Positions 17,506 to 26,703 of a DNA stretch of 64,000 nucleotides are shown one piece after another (positions within the stretch are counted from its first letter, which is position 1; the number at the start of each line of letters is the position of its first letter). The stretch is from NCBI GenBank assembly GCA_011364975.1, contig RDOE01000002.1:37188-101187 (forward strand). The letters run 5' to 3'. Made by a program: the position numbers and the translations under genes. Below the pieces are notes generated by a model. That model was given only the letters and a program-made list of their open reading frames with translations. It did no database searches and was not told the DNA's origin. The DNA comes from Promethearchaeota archaeon. Lineage in GTDB: Archaea; Asgardarchaeota; Lokiarchaeia; Sigyniarchaeales; SOKP01.

Positions 17506-18592
17506 CTAAATCACTTAATAATCTCTCTTTATTGAATGGAATATAAATATCGTCTAATATTGAGCCCTTAGCTTCTCTAACTCGTAGATTATTTACAATG
17601 GATTCAAATTTGCCTCCCAGCAAACCGTTAGCTATAAAGGCTGCTCCTTGGGCAGCATGTTTTGATAAATGGCTATATGATTTCATTAGTCTTACTGGAG
17701 CAATTTCACTTAAATTATTAATCATTTTCTGATCTAAATATTTTAGTTCTGCTCCTCTCCCTGCTATTAAAATTTCACATATCTTTTTTCGGTTAGTAAA
17801 TGAAGCAGAGATACCATAAACTGCTTTTTTGACATCTGATAAATACGCATCAAGAGCCATCTTAGTTTGGTCATCCTTTTGTGCTAGTAATATTATCTCA
17901 TCTAAGCTCAAATCTTGATAACCTGCAATAAAAGACACTCCGCCTTTATAAATATTCTTCTTTTTTATGTCTTTAATTAAATAAGCTAACTCTCCATCAA
18001 GACTACCGCATGCTCGAAATCCCATTATATTTGATCCTCCAATACCGTCGATGATTTGACCATTTTCAATTGCAAGTACAGCAGTAAATCCGTAACCTAT
18101 TTCTACCATGATAAAATTTACGTCTTCAGGGCGGTTATTTTTTCGTTCCATCTGATCCCTTATACCTGTAACAGCAGTACATAATTTATCTGCCGTCCCC
18201 ATGTCAATTTTGTTAATTTTTCGATAATTTGGAACAGTTGGTAAATGTTTAACACCTGGAACAATAACTCCTGGAATATTTTCAGCTTTAATAAGCCTAA
18301 GAACATTACCAAGACCAATTAATTTATCCTTTTCTTTTTTCTCGAATTTGAGTACTGTAAAAAATATATCTTTCTCTGTTAAATCTTTTACACTCTTTAA
18401 TGGTAACCCAAAACCGCTTGGCGCTACCATTAAATCAATATTTTCCATTGATTTGATAACTGCAATAGCTTTTTTTGGATCTTCAATTAACTCTTTTGAT
18501 GGTAATGAGGTGTCTAATATTATTTCATCCTCATCTAAGCCACAAAAATCCCACGAAAGTGACCCCGGATCAATTCCAAGTACCCTATACAC
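17501..18592 (-). CDS. DUF1464 family ASKHA-fold (butyrate kinase-like) protein
   Basis: VLGIDPGSLSWD, APSGFGLP, PGVKHLPTVP.YRKINKIDMGTADK, IIDGIGG, LDGELAY, AAQGAA.IA.GL.GG. Confidence 0.85.
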   Translation of the reverse strand: MYRVLGIDPGSLSWDFCGLDEDEIILDTSLPSKELIEDPKKAIAVIKSMENIDLMVAPSGFGLPLKSVKDLTEKDIFFTVLKFEKKEKDKLIGLGNVLRLIKAENIPGVIVPGVKHLPTVPNYRKINKIDMGTADKLCTAVTGIRDQMERKNNRPEDVNFIMVEIGYGFTAVLAIENGQIIDGIGGSNIMGFRACGSLDGELAYLIKDIKKKNIYKGGVSFIAGYQDLSLDEIILLAQKDDQTKMALDAYLSDVKKAVYGISASFTNRKKICEILIAGRGAELKYLDQKMINNLSEIAPVRLMKSYSHLSKHAAQGAAFIANGLLGGKFESIVNNLRVREAKGSILDDIYIPFNKERLLSDLD

Positions 18593-18773
18593 TAATAATC
18601 AGATCTTATATAATGCTCAATTTATAAAAGTTCAATAATTCATTTTATATTTATTAATTTTTAATAGTTCTTCTTAAAATCTAAAGAATAAATTTTAACT
18701 AGAAAAAATTAATACTCATATAATTTGATTAATAATTTTTTCCATTGGAGTAAGAATTCTTTTATATATCATT

Positions 18774-19514
18774 ATGAATATGGATTATAAATCTATAGGA
18801 CTAGAAGAGAATTCATTGTATGAAGTCTTAGCGACAACTTTTTCAATTGAAAGTGAAAATCAATTTGTTCCTAATACGGCATCTATGGGAATTAGAATAT
18901 TGAATAATGGTTTAATTAGTATGAGCCCTTATCCTTCAACAAAAACTTTTCAAAATTTGAATCAAATACCCCTTGTAACGCTTAATTTTGTAGATAATAT
19001 CTTTTTATACGCTTTAACTTCATTAAAAGGTTCAAATATGCTTAATAATATTAAAGGAGAAAAGGAAAATTTTTATGATTATTATCAATTAAAATCATTG
19101 ACTCATTTTAAGGATCAACTTAAAGCTAAAAAACTCCAAGAAAGTTTCTCAATTCCTTTTATAAAAGATTCTTGGGCAATAATTATTAGTGAAGTAAAAA
19201 TGAGAAATAATAGACATAAAGAAGATGAGTTTGGAATGCTGAAATTAACGGAATTTTTACTAAGCCCAATTTTAATTAAAAAATTTAGAGAATCATACAA
19301 ACTTTTTAATAGAGCAGAAAATATTACTTTAGAAACTATAATTTTAGCAACAAGATTAAAGGTTGCCTTTGAAGTAAAAGATAAAAGCTCTTTAGATCAA
19401 ATCAACTATAAAATCGCAGAAAATGTAAAAACAATAAACAGATTTAGTAAAAATGAAAGGGTGTTGAGATCCTTAGAATATATTCAGCAATATATTGAGA
19501 AATTTAAAGATTAA
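18774..19514 (+). CDS. DUF447 family protein
   Basis: YEVLATT, PNTASMG, KTFQNL, FNRA...LE..I.ATR; lies within the methanopterin cluster. Confidence 0.78.
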   Translation: MNMDYKSIGLEENSLYEVLATTFSIESENQFVPNTASMGIRILNNGLISMSPYPSTKTFQNLNQIPLVTLNFVDNIFLYALTSLKGSNMLNNIKGEKENFYDYYQLKSLTHFKDQLKAKKLQESFSIPFIKDSWAIIISEVKMRNNRHKEDEFGMLKLTEFLLSPILIKKFRESYKLFNRAENITLETIILATRLKVAFEVKDKSSLDQINYKIAENVKTINRFSKNERVLRSLEYIQQYIEKFKD

Positions 19515-19906
19515 TCCTTTACTTTAATGGTTTCAATATACATTAAGGGATACTTTAGGGTATCAATCCACTTAATAAAGGCAGTTACTTCAACAGATTC
19601 AAATTCAATAATTACTTTAGCATTTATGATTTTTCCAGTTACTTCATCATAGTCAAACTCGGTAGATTTATCACCAGAGATTTTAGTTTTATCAATATCG
19701 ATTTTCACAAATTTGACATATGGTTGGCATGATATTGCAGCTTCTATTCCTTTTTCAATAGATTCAATAACTGCTGAATCTGAACGTATTGGTATACCAC
19801 ATAAAATGTGATAAAGTGCTCCTAATTTTATTCCAACTTCAAAGCAAGCTCTTTCTCTAATACTCAGGTTAGGATCAAAGAAAGACCGTTCATCAGTAAG
19901 AGGCAT
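19511..19906 (-). CDS. mptD: Archaeal dihydroneopterin aldolase
   Basis: RERACFEVGIKLGALYH, IEAAISCQPYV, LKYPLMYI. Confidence 0.88.
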   Translation of the reverse strand: MPLTDERSFFDPNLSIRERACFEVGIKLGALYHILCGIPIRSDSAVIESIEKGIEAAISCQPYVKFVKIDIDKTKISGDKSTEFDYDEVTGKIINAKVIIEFESVEVTAFIKWIDTLKYPLMYIETIKVKD

Positions 19907-20919
19907 TAAATATCATCCAAATACTCAATTTTTGCTCCATCATTATTTGGTTTACAGATGTAAATATGACCACCTATAGGTTTCAGACGCATTTGCACTT
20001 CTTTTAATAAGGCATTTGCTTCTTCATCTGATTCGACAATTCCAACTATACTTGGACCAAATGAAGACATAGCATATGCTTTTAATCCAAATTCCTCAAA
20101 AAATTTAAGAATCCCCTTAACAATGTCGTGTTGTAGAGAAATCTCGATTTTCTTGAATCCAATTTTTTGAATACTTTTTAACCCTTCTCCGAAACATTTT
20201 AAATCGTTTTTAATAATTCCTGGAATAACTTTCATTAAAATTTGATGAGAAACTTCTGTGACTTCTGATTTAGGTATTGGGGCATTAGATTGAAAAATAC
20301 TCACTTCTTCATCCCCATAAGCACCTTTTTTTACATTTGGTATAACTAAAACAAATCTCCAATTTTCAGGGATGGGATATCTTAAAATTGTAATTGCAGG
20401 ATCTACTTCGGTTGATGCTGAAGATGGCAAAAAGGTTTCTTTTTCTTTTCCTATTCCAAAATCATGCCCTGCATCTAATATGAAACCCCCGTTTTCAAAA
20501 CCTCTCCAGCCTATTCCAGAAGTTCCTCCTCTTCCAACGAGTTTGGTTAATTCATTCGTATTTAAATTATTTATATTCTTTAGTTTGGTTATAGCTCGAG
20601 CAATAGCTAAGGATAATTGGGTTTTTGAGCCTAACCCTACGTGGCTGGGGTAATATCTTATAAGATTAAAATGAAAATTTTTATTACTTATATTAAACGC
20701 TTTAAATACCCTTGATGCAATTTCGTTTATTACCTCGATTGATTCTCGATAATATTTATTTGCTTTAATTTTGAATTCTTCAGCATTGTTTGAAGCTTCG
20801 AAAACAACATTTGGACGGTCTAACATAAGACCTATCCCTCCATCTACCCTTCCCGTGAAACCATTCTCATCAATTAAGGAAAGATGAATACGACAGGGCG
20901 TAATTATTCTAATTTTCAT
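19906..20919 (-). CDS. mptG: Beta-ribofuranosylaminobenzene 5'-phosphate synthase (GHMP family)
   Basis: TPCRIHLSLID.NG..GRVDGGIG, PSHVGLGSKTQL, GRGGTSGIG, GGFILDAGH, FLPSSAS, MSSFGP. Confidence 0.92.
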   Translation of the reverse strand: MKIRIITPCRIHLSLIDENGFTGRVDGGIGLMLDRPNVVFEASNNAEEFKIKANKYYRESIEVINEIASRVFKAFNISNKNFHFNLIRYYPSHVGLGSKTQLSLAIARAITKLKNINNLNTNELTKLVGRGGTSGIGWRGFENGGFILDAGHDFGIGKEKETFLPSSASTEVDPAITILRYPIPENWRFVLVIPNVKKGAYGDEEVSIFQSNAPIPKSEVTEVSHQILMKVIPGIIKNDLKCFGEGLKSIQKIGFKKIEISLQHDIVKGILKFFEEFGLKAYAMSSFGPSIVGIVESDEEANALLKEVQMRLKPIGGHIYICKPNNDGAKIEYLDDI

Positions 20920-21260
20920 TTTATCTTAAATAAGAAAAGTTTCAAACTAAATGTAAGAATCTTTAAAATAATTTAAATTTAATATAAATTCATGGTTTTT
21001 TTAATATTATGGAATATAATAGATTTTATTAATGATTAAACTTTGATGAAAATTCGACCAAAACAAACAGTTATAAAAGAAACATTCTATATTATAACTT
21101 AAAGACTTCTAAATGACTATCTATTAACAAAACTGTCAGGTAGTATATGCCATCTTGATAGTACTTGATGGATTAATGTGTTATTTGTTTAAATAATATG
21201 ATTAAAAGGGTAATGCAAAGTTTAAGTAATTTAGATATAATTTTTGGGGGTTAATTAAAG

Positions 21261-21653
21261 ATTATCACTATTTTCGTAGTTGAGGATGACCATTCGTTAA
21301 GGATGCTTTACGAGAAAGCCCTAGAACTAAATGGATATACTGTTATAGGCGCCGCAAAGGATGGAGACGAAGCAGTAAAAATGTTTGTAGGTTTCACTTC
21401 TAAACCAAAGGTTATTATAATGGATCATAGAATGCCTATAAAAAATGGAATTGAAGCAACGAAAGAAATTTTAGCAATATCTGATAATCCAAAACCCAAA
21501 ATTATATTTGCGAGCGCTGATCTTTCAATTAAAGAAGAGGCTTTAGCGATTGGTGTTTCATGTTTTAAGGATAAACCATTTACACTAGAAAGATTATTTA
21601 GTAATATTGAAAAGGTAATAGCCAAGGATCAAATACTAAAAATTCAAAGTTGA
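21261..21653 (+). CDS. Single-domain response regulator (receiver)
   Basis: IMDHRMP..NG (phospho-Asp), FASAD, KPF. The first beta-strand IITIFVVEDD is encoded in frame upstream of the ATG at 21303, from ATT at 21261. Confidence 0.88.
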   Translation: MITIFVVEDDHSLRMLYEKALELNGYTVIGAAKDGDEAVKMFVGFTSKPKVIIMDHRMPIKNGIEATKEILAISDNPKPKIIFASADLSIKEEALAIGVSCFKDKPFTLERLFSNIEKVIAKDQILKIQS

Positions 21654-21803
21654 AAAAAACTATGCTTATTTTTTTTTAGTTTTATAGCAATAATTTAACA
21701 ATAGGATCCTAAATTCTATATATTTTCTATTCTTTATTTTTATGATATTTAGAAAGAATAAATTTGATTAAAAAGGATAAATCAACGTAAAAGGCGTATT
21801 TTT

Positions 21804-23198
21804 TTGAGTGATTTGGAAGGATTAACTAGAAGATTATTAAAACGAGGAAAAAATGATGAAGAAATTATTAGTAGAATTATCCAAGAGTACCTCGATTTTA
21901 AAGATATTAACGAAGATGAAGCTAAAAAATATTCTAAAGCTATTTTAGATGAATGCAAAAGGAGTGATCTTAGTTATATTTCTAATCGATTTATTAAAGA
22001 GCTTTTAGAAGTTGAAATTGCTGATGTTACTATTGGAAGGCAGGGTGTGGGGTGTAGAGGAGCAGGCGACTTTTTTGTGCATAAATTAATTGCAGAATTA
22101 TCTGAAACCACACAAAAGCCATTCTTAGCCCCAAATTCCCTCGATGATGCAGGAGCAGTAAAACTATCTGAAATAAAAGGTTTTGAAAAATACGAAGATA
22201 TTATTGTTGTTTCAAAGATGGAGGGCATTCATAGTCGTTTAAGCGACTTTCCATTTATTTGTGGATTCCATGTTACAAGAGCATGCTTACGAGATTTATA
22301 TGTCAAAGGTGCGAAACCAATCTCCATTATGGTTGATGTTCATTTAGGAGATGATGCTGATGTGGGTAAATTATTTGATTTTATGGCGGGAATATCTAGT
22401 ATATCAGAATTAACAAATGTACCAATCACCGCAGGTTCTACACTAAGAATAGGAGGTGATATGGTAATCGGAGATCGCTTAGTAGGAGGTTTAAGTGCCG
22501 TTGGCGTTCTTACTGATAATATATTAGCTCGACGAAACATTCAAATAGGGGATAAAATTCTGATGACCGAAGGGGCAGGGGGTGGGACAATTGCTACTAC
22601 AGCTATTTATTCTGGAAATCATGAAGTCGTAAAAGAAACCTTGAACATAAAATTCCTTGAAGCATGCGAATTAATTCTTGAAAGTGATTATCGTAAGCAT
22701 ATTCGAGCAATGTGTGATGTTACAAACGGTGGATTACGTGGAGATTTATATGAGATCAATTACGAGGCAAATTGTGGTGTATTAATCTATGAAGATAAAG
22801 TAAGGAAGTTGGTTAATCCCAATGTTCTAAACTTATTAGAAAAAGTGGGTGTAGATTATTTAGGTGTTTCTTTAGATGCATTATTAATTTATTGTTCTGA
22901 AAGTGCTGTAAGTAAGATTATATCAGATTTAAGTAAAATTGATATTAAATGTTTCGAAATTGGTTATGTAGATAACTCAAAAGAAGTGAAAATGATACAT
23001 ATTGATGGAAAAGAGAAGACCATACTCCCTCGTTTTAGAGAATCTGCTTATACTAAAATAAAGCAAGTAATAGGAGAAGATACGCCTGAAAAAAAAGATA
23101 TTATGGAAAAGAAGATTGAAATTGCAGCTGAAAAATCTTTAGAAAAACGCAAAAATATAATTAATTATATTAAAACTAATTCAAAAATAAAAAATTAA
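21804..23198 (+). CDS. AIR synthase-related (PurM/HypE/ThiL superfamily) protein, archaeal type
   Basis: GVGCRGAGDFFVH, LDDAG, EGIHSRLSDFPF, LRDLYVKGA, GSTLRIGGDMVIGDR, DVTNGGLRGD, FRESAYT. Confidence 0.82.
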   Translation: MSDLEGLTRRLLKRGKNDEEIISRIIQEYLDFKDINEDEAKKYSKAILDECKRSDLSYISNRFIKELLEVEIADVTIGRQGVGCRGAGDFFVHKLIAELSETTQKPFLAPNSLDDAGAVKLSEIKGFEKYEDIIVVSKMEGIHSRLSDFPFICGFHVTRACLRDLYVKGAKPISIMVDVHLGDDADVGKLFDFMAGISSISELTNVPITAGSTLRIGGDMVIGDRLVGGLSAVGVLTDNILARRNIQIGDKILMTEGAGGGTIATTAIYSGNHEVVKETLNIKFLEACELILESDYRKHIRAMCDVTNGGLRGDLYEINYEANCGVLIYEDKVRKLVNPNVLNLLEKVGVDYLGVSLDALLIYCSESAVSKIISDLSKIDIKCFEIGYVDNSKEVKMIHIDGKEKTILPRFRESAYTKIKQVIGEDTPEKKDIMEKKIEIAAEKSLEKRKNIINYIKTNSKIKN

Positions 23199-23219
23199 AA
23201 AAAAATTTATTTGATAAAT

Positions 23220-24248
23220 TTAGACTTTATATTTCTGTAATTTGAAGATTTTATAGAAATCCTCGATTGTTGTAAGACATACTATGACAATTAAAGCAAC
23301 AAAACCTAACTGATATTCATCATAGAATTCTACAGGAATTCCAACATGAACCCAAGGCTCTGAGAAGTAAGGAAATATAGCTGGATTAAACATTAAATAT
23401 AGAAACAGTGGTATCCATAAGAATTTTATAATTATTATAAAAACATGGAGTACCTGGTGGGTTTCTGGTTTTCTATTACCGATAATTCCACGGGAAACAT
23501 CTAAAATGCCTTCAATGATCAATAGCAAACCCGCAAATCTGAGAACCACTAAGAAATCAGGGATAAACATAAATGTCGGGAATGGCTGAAATAGTAATAA
23601 AACTCCAAATATTAAACCAATGCTAGCAGCAATAACTTCACCAATTGGTTTAATGAAGGGTTTTAGAGGTTTAGCTAGTACTTCTGACACAGGTGTACCT
23701 GCTTCAGCAGCTTTTTCTAATTCCAGTTTTCTTAACTTCTGTTCTTTTTTGGATTTAAAATCTTCTGGGAAATATCCTTCCATGGATAAAACTACAAATA
23801 TGATTGATATTATAACAAATGATGCAAGTAAACCCATTTGGATTCCCGTTACAAATCCATCAATTAATTGTTCTAAAGAAACAACCTCAGTTAAGATGCT
23901 AGCAATCATCCCTACTAAATTTAGAATGATAATTACTGCAAATACAATTCCTAATACTCGAGTATAAAGAGGCCACATTTCTTTGGTAATGTAGACTTTT
24001 GGTTCACCACGGCGTTTGTACTCTTTAGCTATACTTTTAGGTGTTCCCATCTGAACAATTGCTTTTCTAACTGATTGTTCGGTAGGTTGTCCAGTTTCAG
24101 ATATTTCTGTTGCTTTCTGCCATATATGCTCTTCTAGTTCAGTCAAAACGTCTTTATGTTCCTTTTTATCTTTTAGCCAATCAGGAAGAGCTTTCTTCAC
24201 TTTCTTCATAAAGTCTTTAACTAAATCTTCTTTACTTTGTTGGTTCAT
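23220..24248 (-). CDS. Membrane protein with an N-terminal HAAS-type signalling domain
   Basis: FMKKVKKALP...VLTELEEHI...MGTPKSIAKEY followed by about 6 TM helices. Overlaps the PadR stop. Confidence 0.75.
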   Translation of the reverse strand: MNQQSKEDLVKDFMKKVKKALPDWLKDKKEHKDVLTELEEHIWQKATEISETGQPTEQSVRKAIVQMGTPKSIAKEYKRRGEPKVYITKEMWPLYTRVLGIVFAVIIILNLVGMIASILTEVVSLEQLIDGFVTGIQMGLLASFVIISIIFVVLSMEGYFPEDFKSKKEQKLRKLELEKAAEAGTPVSEVLAKPLKPFIKPIGEVIAASIGLIFGVLLLFQPFPTFMFIPDFLVVLRFAGLLLIIEGILDVSRGIIGNRKPETHQVLHVFIIIIKFLWIPLFLYLMFNPAIFPYFSEPWVHVGIPVEFYDEYQLGFVALIVIVCLTTIEDFYKIFKLQKYKV

Positions 24249-24771
24249 TCTTATAACCTCGTGATATTAATTCATTTTCAATATTATGCCCACAAACATC
24301 GCAAAATCGAAGCTCAACATTAGAGAGATCTATTCTGTTAGCACACATCGGACAGAAGAGATAGCGATCTTGCTTTAAATTTACATTAACGTCAAATAGT
24401 GGTGCGATAGCTTCTGTTAATTTAGAAAAAAATCCCTCTAAATAGTTGAATACTTTTGTTCCATAATTTGTCATCGAATAAAACTTTTTTCTTCTTCCCG
24501 TCTTCTCTCGTTCGGACTTTATAATCCCGTCCTCTTCAAGCTTCCTCAATATAGGATATAAAGTTCCTTCCTCAATTACAAGAATTTTGTTCGTAAATTC
24601 TAATAAATCTTTTGAAATTTGATATCCATGTACACCTTCATAACTATAACGTTTTATAATCGCCAAAATACACAACGTAGAAATCCCTCTATTGAGCTCT
24701 GACTCTAGTTTAGAGGCATATTCTTGAAATTCTGGATCTAATCCTTTAAGACTTTTTATCATTTCATTCAA
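24232..24771 (-). CDS. PadR family transcriptional regulator with a C-terminal zinc ribbon
   Basis: ELNRG..L.IL..I, HGYQI, EGTLYPILRKLEEDG, RRKKFY..T..G; CPMC...FCDVCG. Confidence 0.92.
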   Translation of the reverse strand: MNEMIKSLKGLDPEFQEYASKLESELNRGISTLCILAIIKRYSYEGVHGYQISKDLLEFTNKILVIEEGTLYPILRKLEEDGIIKSEREKTGRRKKFYSMTNYGTKVFNYLEGFFSKLTEAIAPLFDVNVNLKQDRYLFCPMCANRIDLSNVELRFCDVCGHNIENELISRGYKNEPTK

Positions 24772-24786
24772 CTCCTTAATTTATTT

Positions 24787-25635
24787 TCATTTTTTATTTG
24801 GTTGGAATGAAATCTCATCCCTTATTGAAATTATTTCTAAATTTAATTTATTCCTTTTCCATTCGAAAGTTCTCAAAACTATTATTGCAATCAAGAAGAT
24901 CAATAACACATAAATATTTTGTGATTGGTATATGTAATTATAGGTTATAATAGCAGAGCTATGGGCAAACATGGCACTTAATAGATTTTTGCTTGATAGG
25001 TTATAGATCGAATCGAATAGAAAAGAATGACTTAACATAATCAGATAAGAATAGAAGTTTACTTCTAATCCATTTGCGATATTAATTGGTTGATGCCAAA
25101 GCCACCAAAATGAGCCCAGAATTAAGCTTCCAATGTGTTTACCGAATTTATTTTGTAAGTGCCCCAATGCGAACCCTCTCCAACAAGGTTCTTCTAAAAT
25201 AGGACTTGATAATAATCCCGCAAAAAAAGTTAAAGGAATTATAGCAATTAACCAAAAACCTAAGGTATTCAGAGGGGCAATAGCAAGAATTCTTAATTCT
25301 CCTTCATTAATTACCCAATAATTTAATAAGCTTCCACTGATTGTTGTTAAAGGTAGAATTAATGCCGCAGGAATTAACCATATTATATTTTTTCCTTTTA
25401 TTCGAATACTGTCAAATATTTGTTTTATTCCATAACCTCCTTTTGTTATTTTGTCAAGCAAGATTAAAACGATTAAAGGAGCGATACCTCCAATACTTTG
25501 TCCAATAATTATGGGAACATTGAACTCAATTATTCCTAATCGTCCTAAAGCCATAGGTATCCATATTGACCAACTTGAGATGAGTGCGATAACTAAGAAT
25601 AACAGCACTTTATATCTACTGATGAAGTTTTTCAT
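24787..25635 (-). CDS. CPBP/Abi (CAAX type II) intramembrane metalloprotease
   Basis: EEPCWRG, WWLWH, AMFAHSS; polytopic. Confidence 0.88.
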   Translation of the reverse strand: MKNFISRYKVLLFLVIALISSWSIWIPMALGRLGIIEFNVPIIIGQSIGGIAPLIVLILLDKITKGGYGIKQIFDSIRIKGKNIIWLIPAALILPLTTISGSLLNYWVINEGELRILAIAPLNTLGFWLIAIIPLTFFAGLLSSPILEEPCWRGFALGHLQNKFGKHIGSLILGSFWWLWHQPINIANGLEVNFYSYLIMLSHSFLFDSIYNLSSKNLLSAMFAHSSAIITYNYIYQSQNIYVLLIFLIAIIVLRTFEWKRNKLNLEIISIRDEISFQPNKK

Positions 25636-25671
25636 ATTTCCAACCTTTTTTTTATAACTTTATAGTTTTTT

Positions 25672-25720
25672 ATAGTATTTTTTCAATACTGTTCTACGCA
25701 TAGTATGTGATCGATACTAT
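25672..25720. promoter_or_regulatory. Putative PadR operator array: four alternating half-sites with a 14-bp period
   Basis: ATAGTAT(25672)-N7-ATACTGT(25686)-N7-ATAGTAT(25700)-N7-ATACTAT(25714), abutting a minus-strand BRE/TATA-like AAAGATTTAAATA upstream of the CPBP-padR-HAAS operon. Confidence 0.65.
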
Positions 25721-25797
25721 TTAAATCTTTGGATAACTTATATTTTCACAAAATAAGTTTTTTAAAATTAATGAGATTCAAAATTATAAGGAATATT

Positions 25798-26628
25798 ATG
25801 TCCCTTAATGAAAATATTAAGAACAAACTTAACGCTCTAATAACTTTTTTAGAGGAGCATAAAGTTATTTTAGCTTTTTCTGGAGGAGTAGACAGTAGTT
25901 TATTAGCATATTTGGCGAAAAAATATTCTAAAGATATGATAGCAATAACCGTAGAGTCAATACTTAATCCAGGTGATGATGTTTCTGAAGCAAAAAAATT
26001 TGCTGAACTATTTAAAATTCCGCAAATCGTTATTAGAAAAGAAGCATTAAAAAATGAGAAATTTATTCAAAATCCAAAGAATAGATGTTATATTTGTAAA
26101 AAAGATATTTTTACAAGTATCTTGAAAATTAGGGATGAAAAAGGTTTTGATATCATAATAGATGGCTCGAATGTAGATGATCTTGGGGATTATCGTCCCG
26201 GAATACAGGCATTAAATGAATTGAATATAATTTCACCCTATATTAAATATGATGTTAATAAACAAGAAATTAGAGAGATCAGTAATTATTTTAATTTACC
26301 AACCCACAATAAACCTTCTGGTGCTTGTTTAGCTTCCCGAATTCCATATGAAGAGGAAATTACAGAGAAGAAACTGTTAATGATAAAACAGGCGGAACAT
26401 TTTTTAAGAGAAAGGTTTAATTTAGAACAGGTTCGGGTAAGACTGCATAAGGGATATCTTGCCAGAATAGAATTAATACCTCAAGATATAATTAATATCA
26501 CAAATAAGGAGAATTTAAATATTATTAATCAAAAATTTAAGAGTTTAGGCTTTTGCTATATTACTATTGATTTACAAGGGTTTCGCTCGGGGTCATTAAA
26601 TGAAGTAATAGATGCTAAAAGTGACTAG
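25798..26628 (+). CDS. larE: ATP-dependent sacrificial sulfur transferase LarE family
   Basis: AFSGGVDS PP-loop, NPKNRCYICK, DGSNVDD..DYRPG, ACLASRIPY, VRVR.H, DLQGFRSGSLN. The ATG at 25798 is preferred over the TTG at 25729. Confidence 0.9.
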   Translation: MSLNENIKNKLNALITFLEEHKVILAFSGGVDSSLLAYLAKKYSKDMIAITVESILNPGDDVSEAKKFAELFKIPQIVIRKEALKNEKFIQNPKNRCYICKKDIFTSILKIRDEKGFDIIIDGSNVDDLGDYRPGIQALNELNIISPYIKYDVNKQEIREISNYFNLPTHNKPSGACLASRIPYEEEITEKKLLMIKQAEHFLRERFNLEQVRVRLHKGYLARIELIPQDIINITNKENLNIINQKFKSLGFCYITIDLQGFRSGSLNEVIDAKSD

Positions 26629-26703
26629 ATCTTCTAAATTATTATTAGAATATTTAAAACTTTTCTATAGTAGAACAATTAATCTAAAAAAGAGAGATGT
26701 GAA

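Noticed and set aside
21804-23198. Selenophosphate synthetase SelD or selenoprotein recoding
   Set aside because: The motifs fit the AIR-synthase-related archaeal family, and I saw no in-frame TGA at a catalytic position here or in other genes of the window.
25729-25797. N-terminal extension of larE from TTG 25729
   Set aside because: It runs through the divergent promoter region; the ATG at 25798 gives a normal-length protein.
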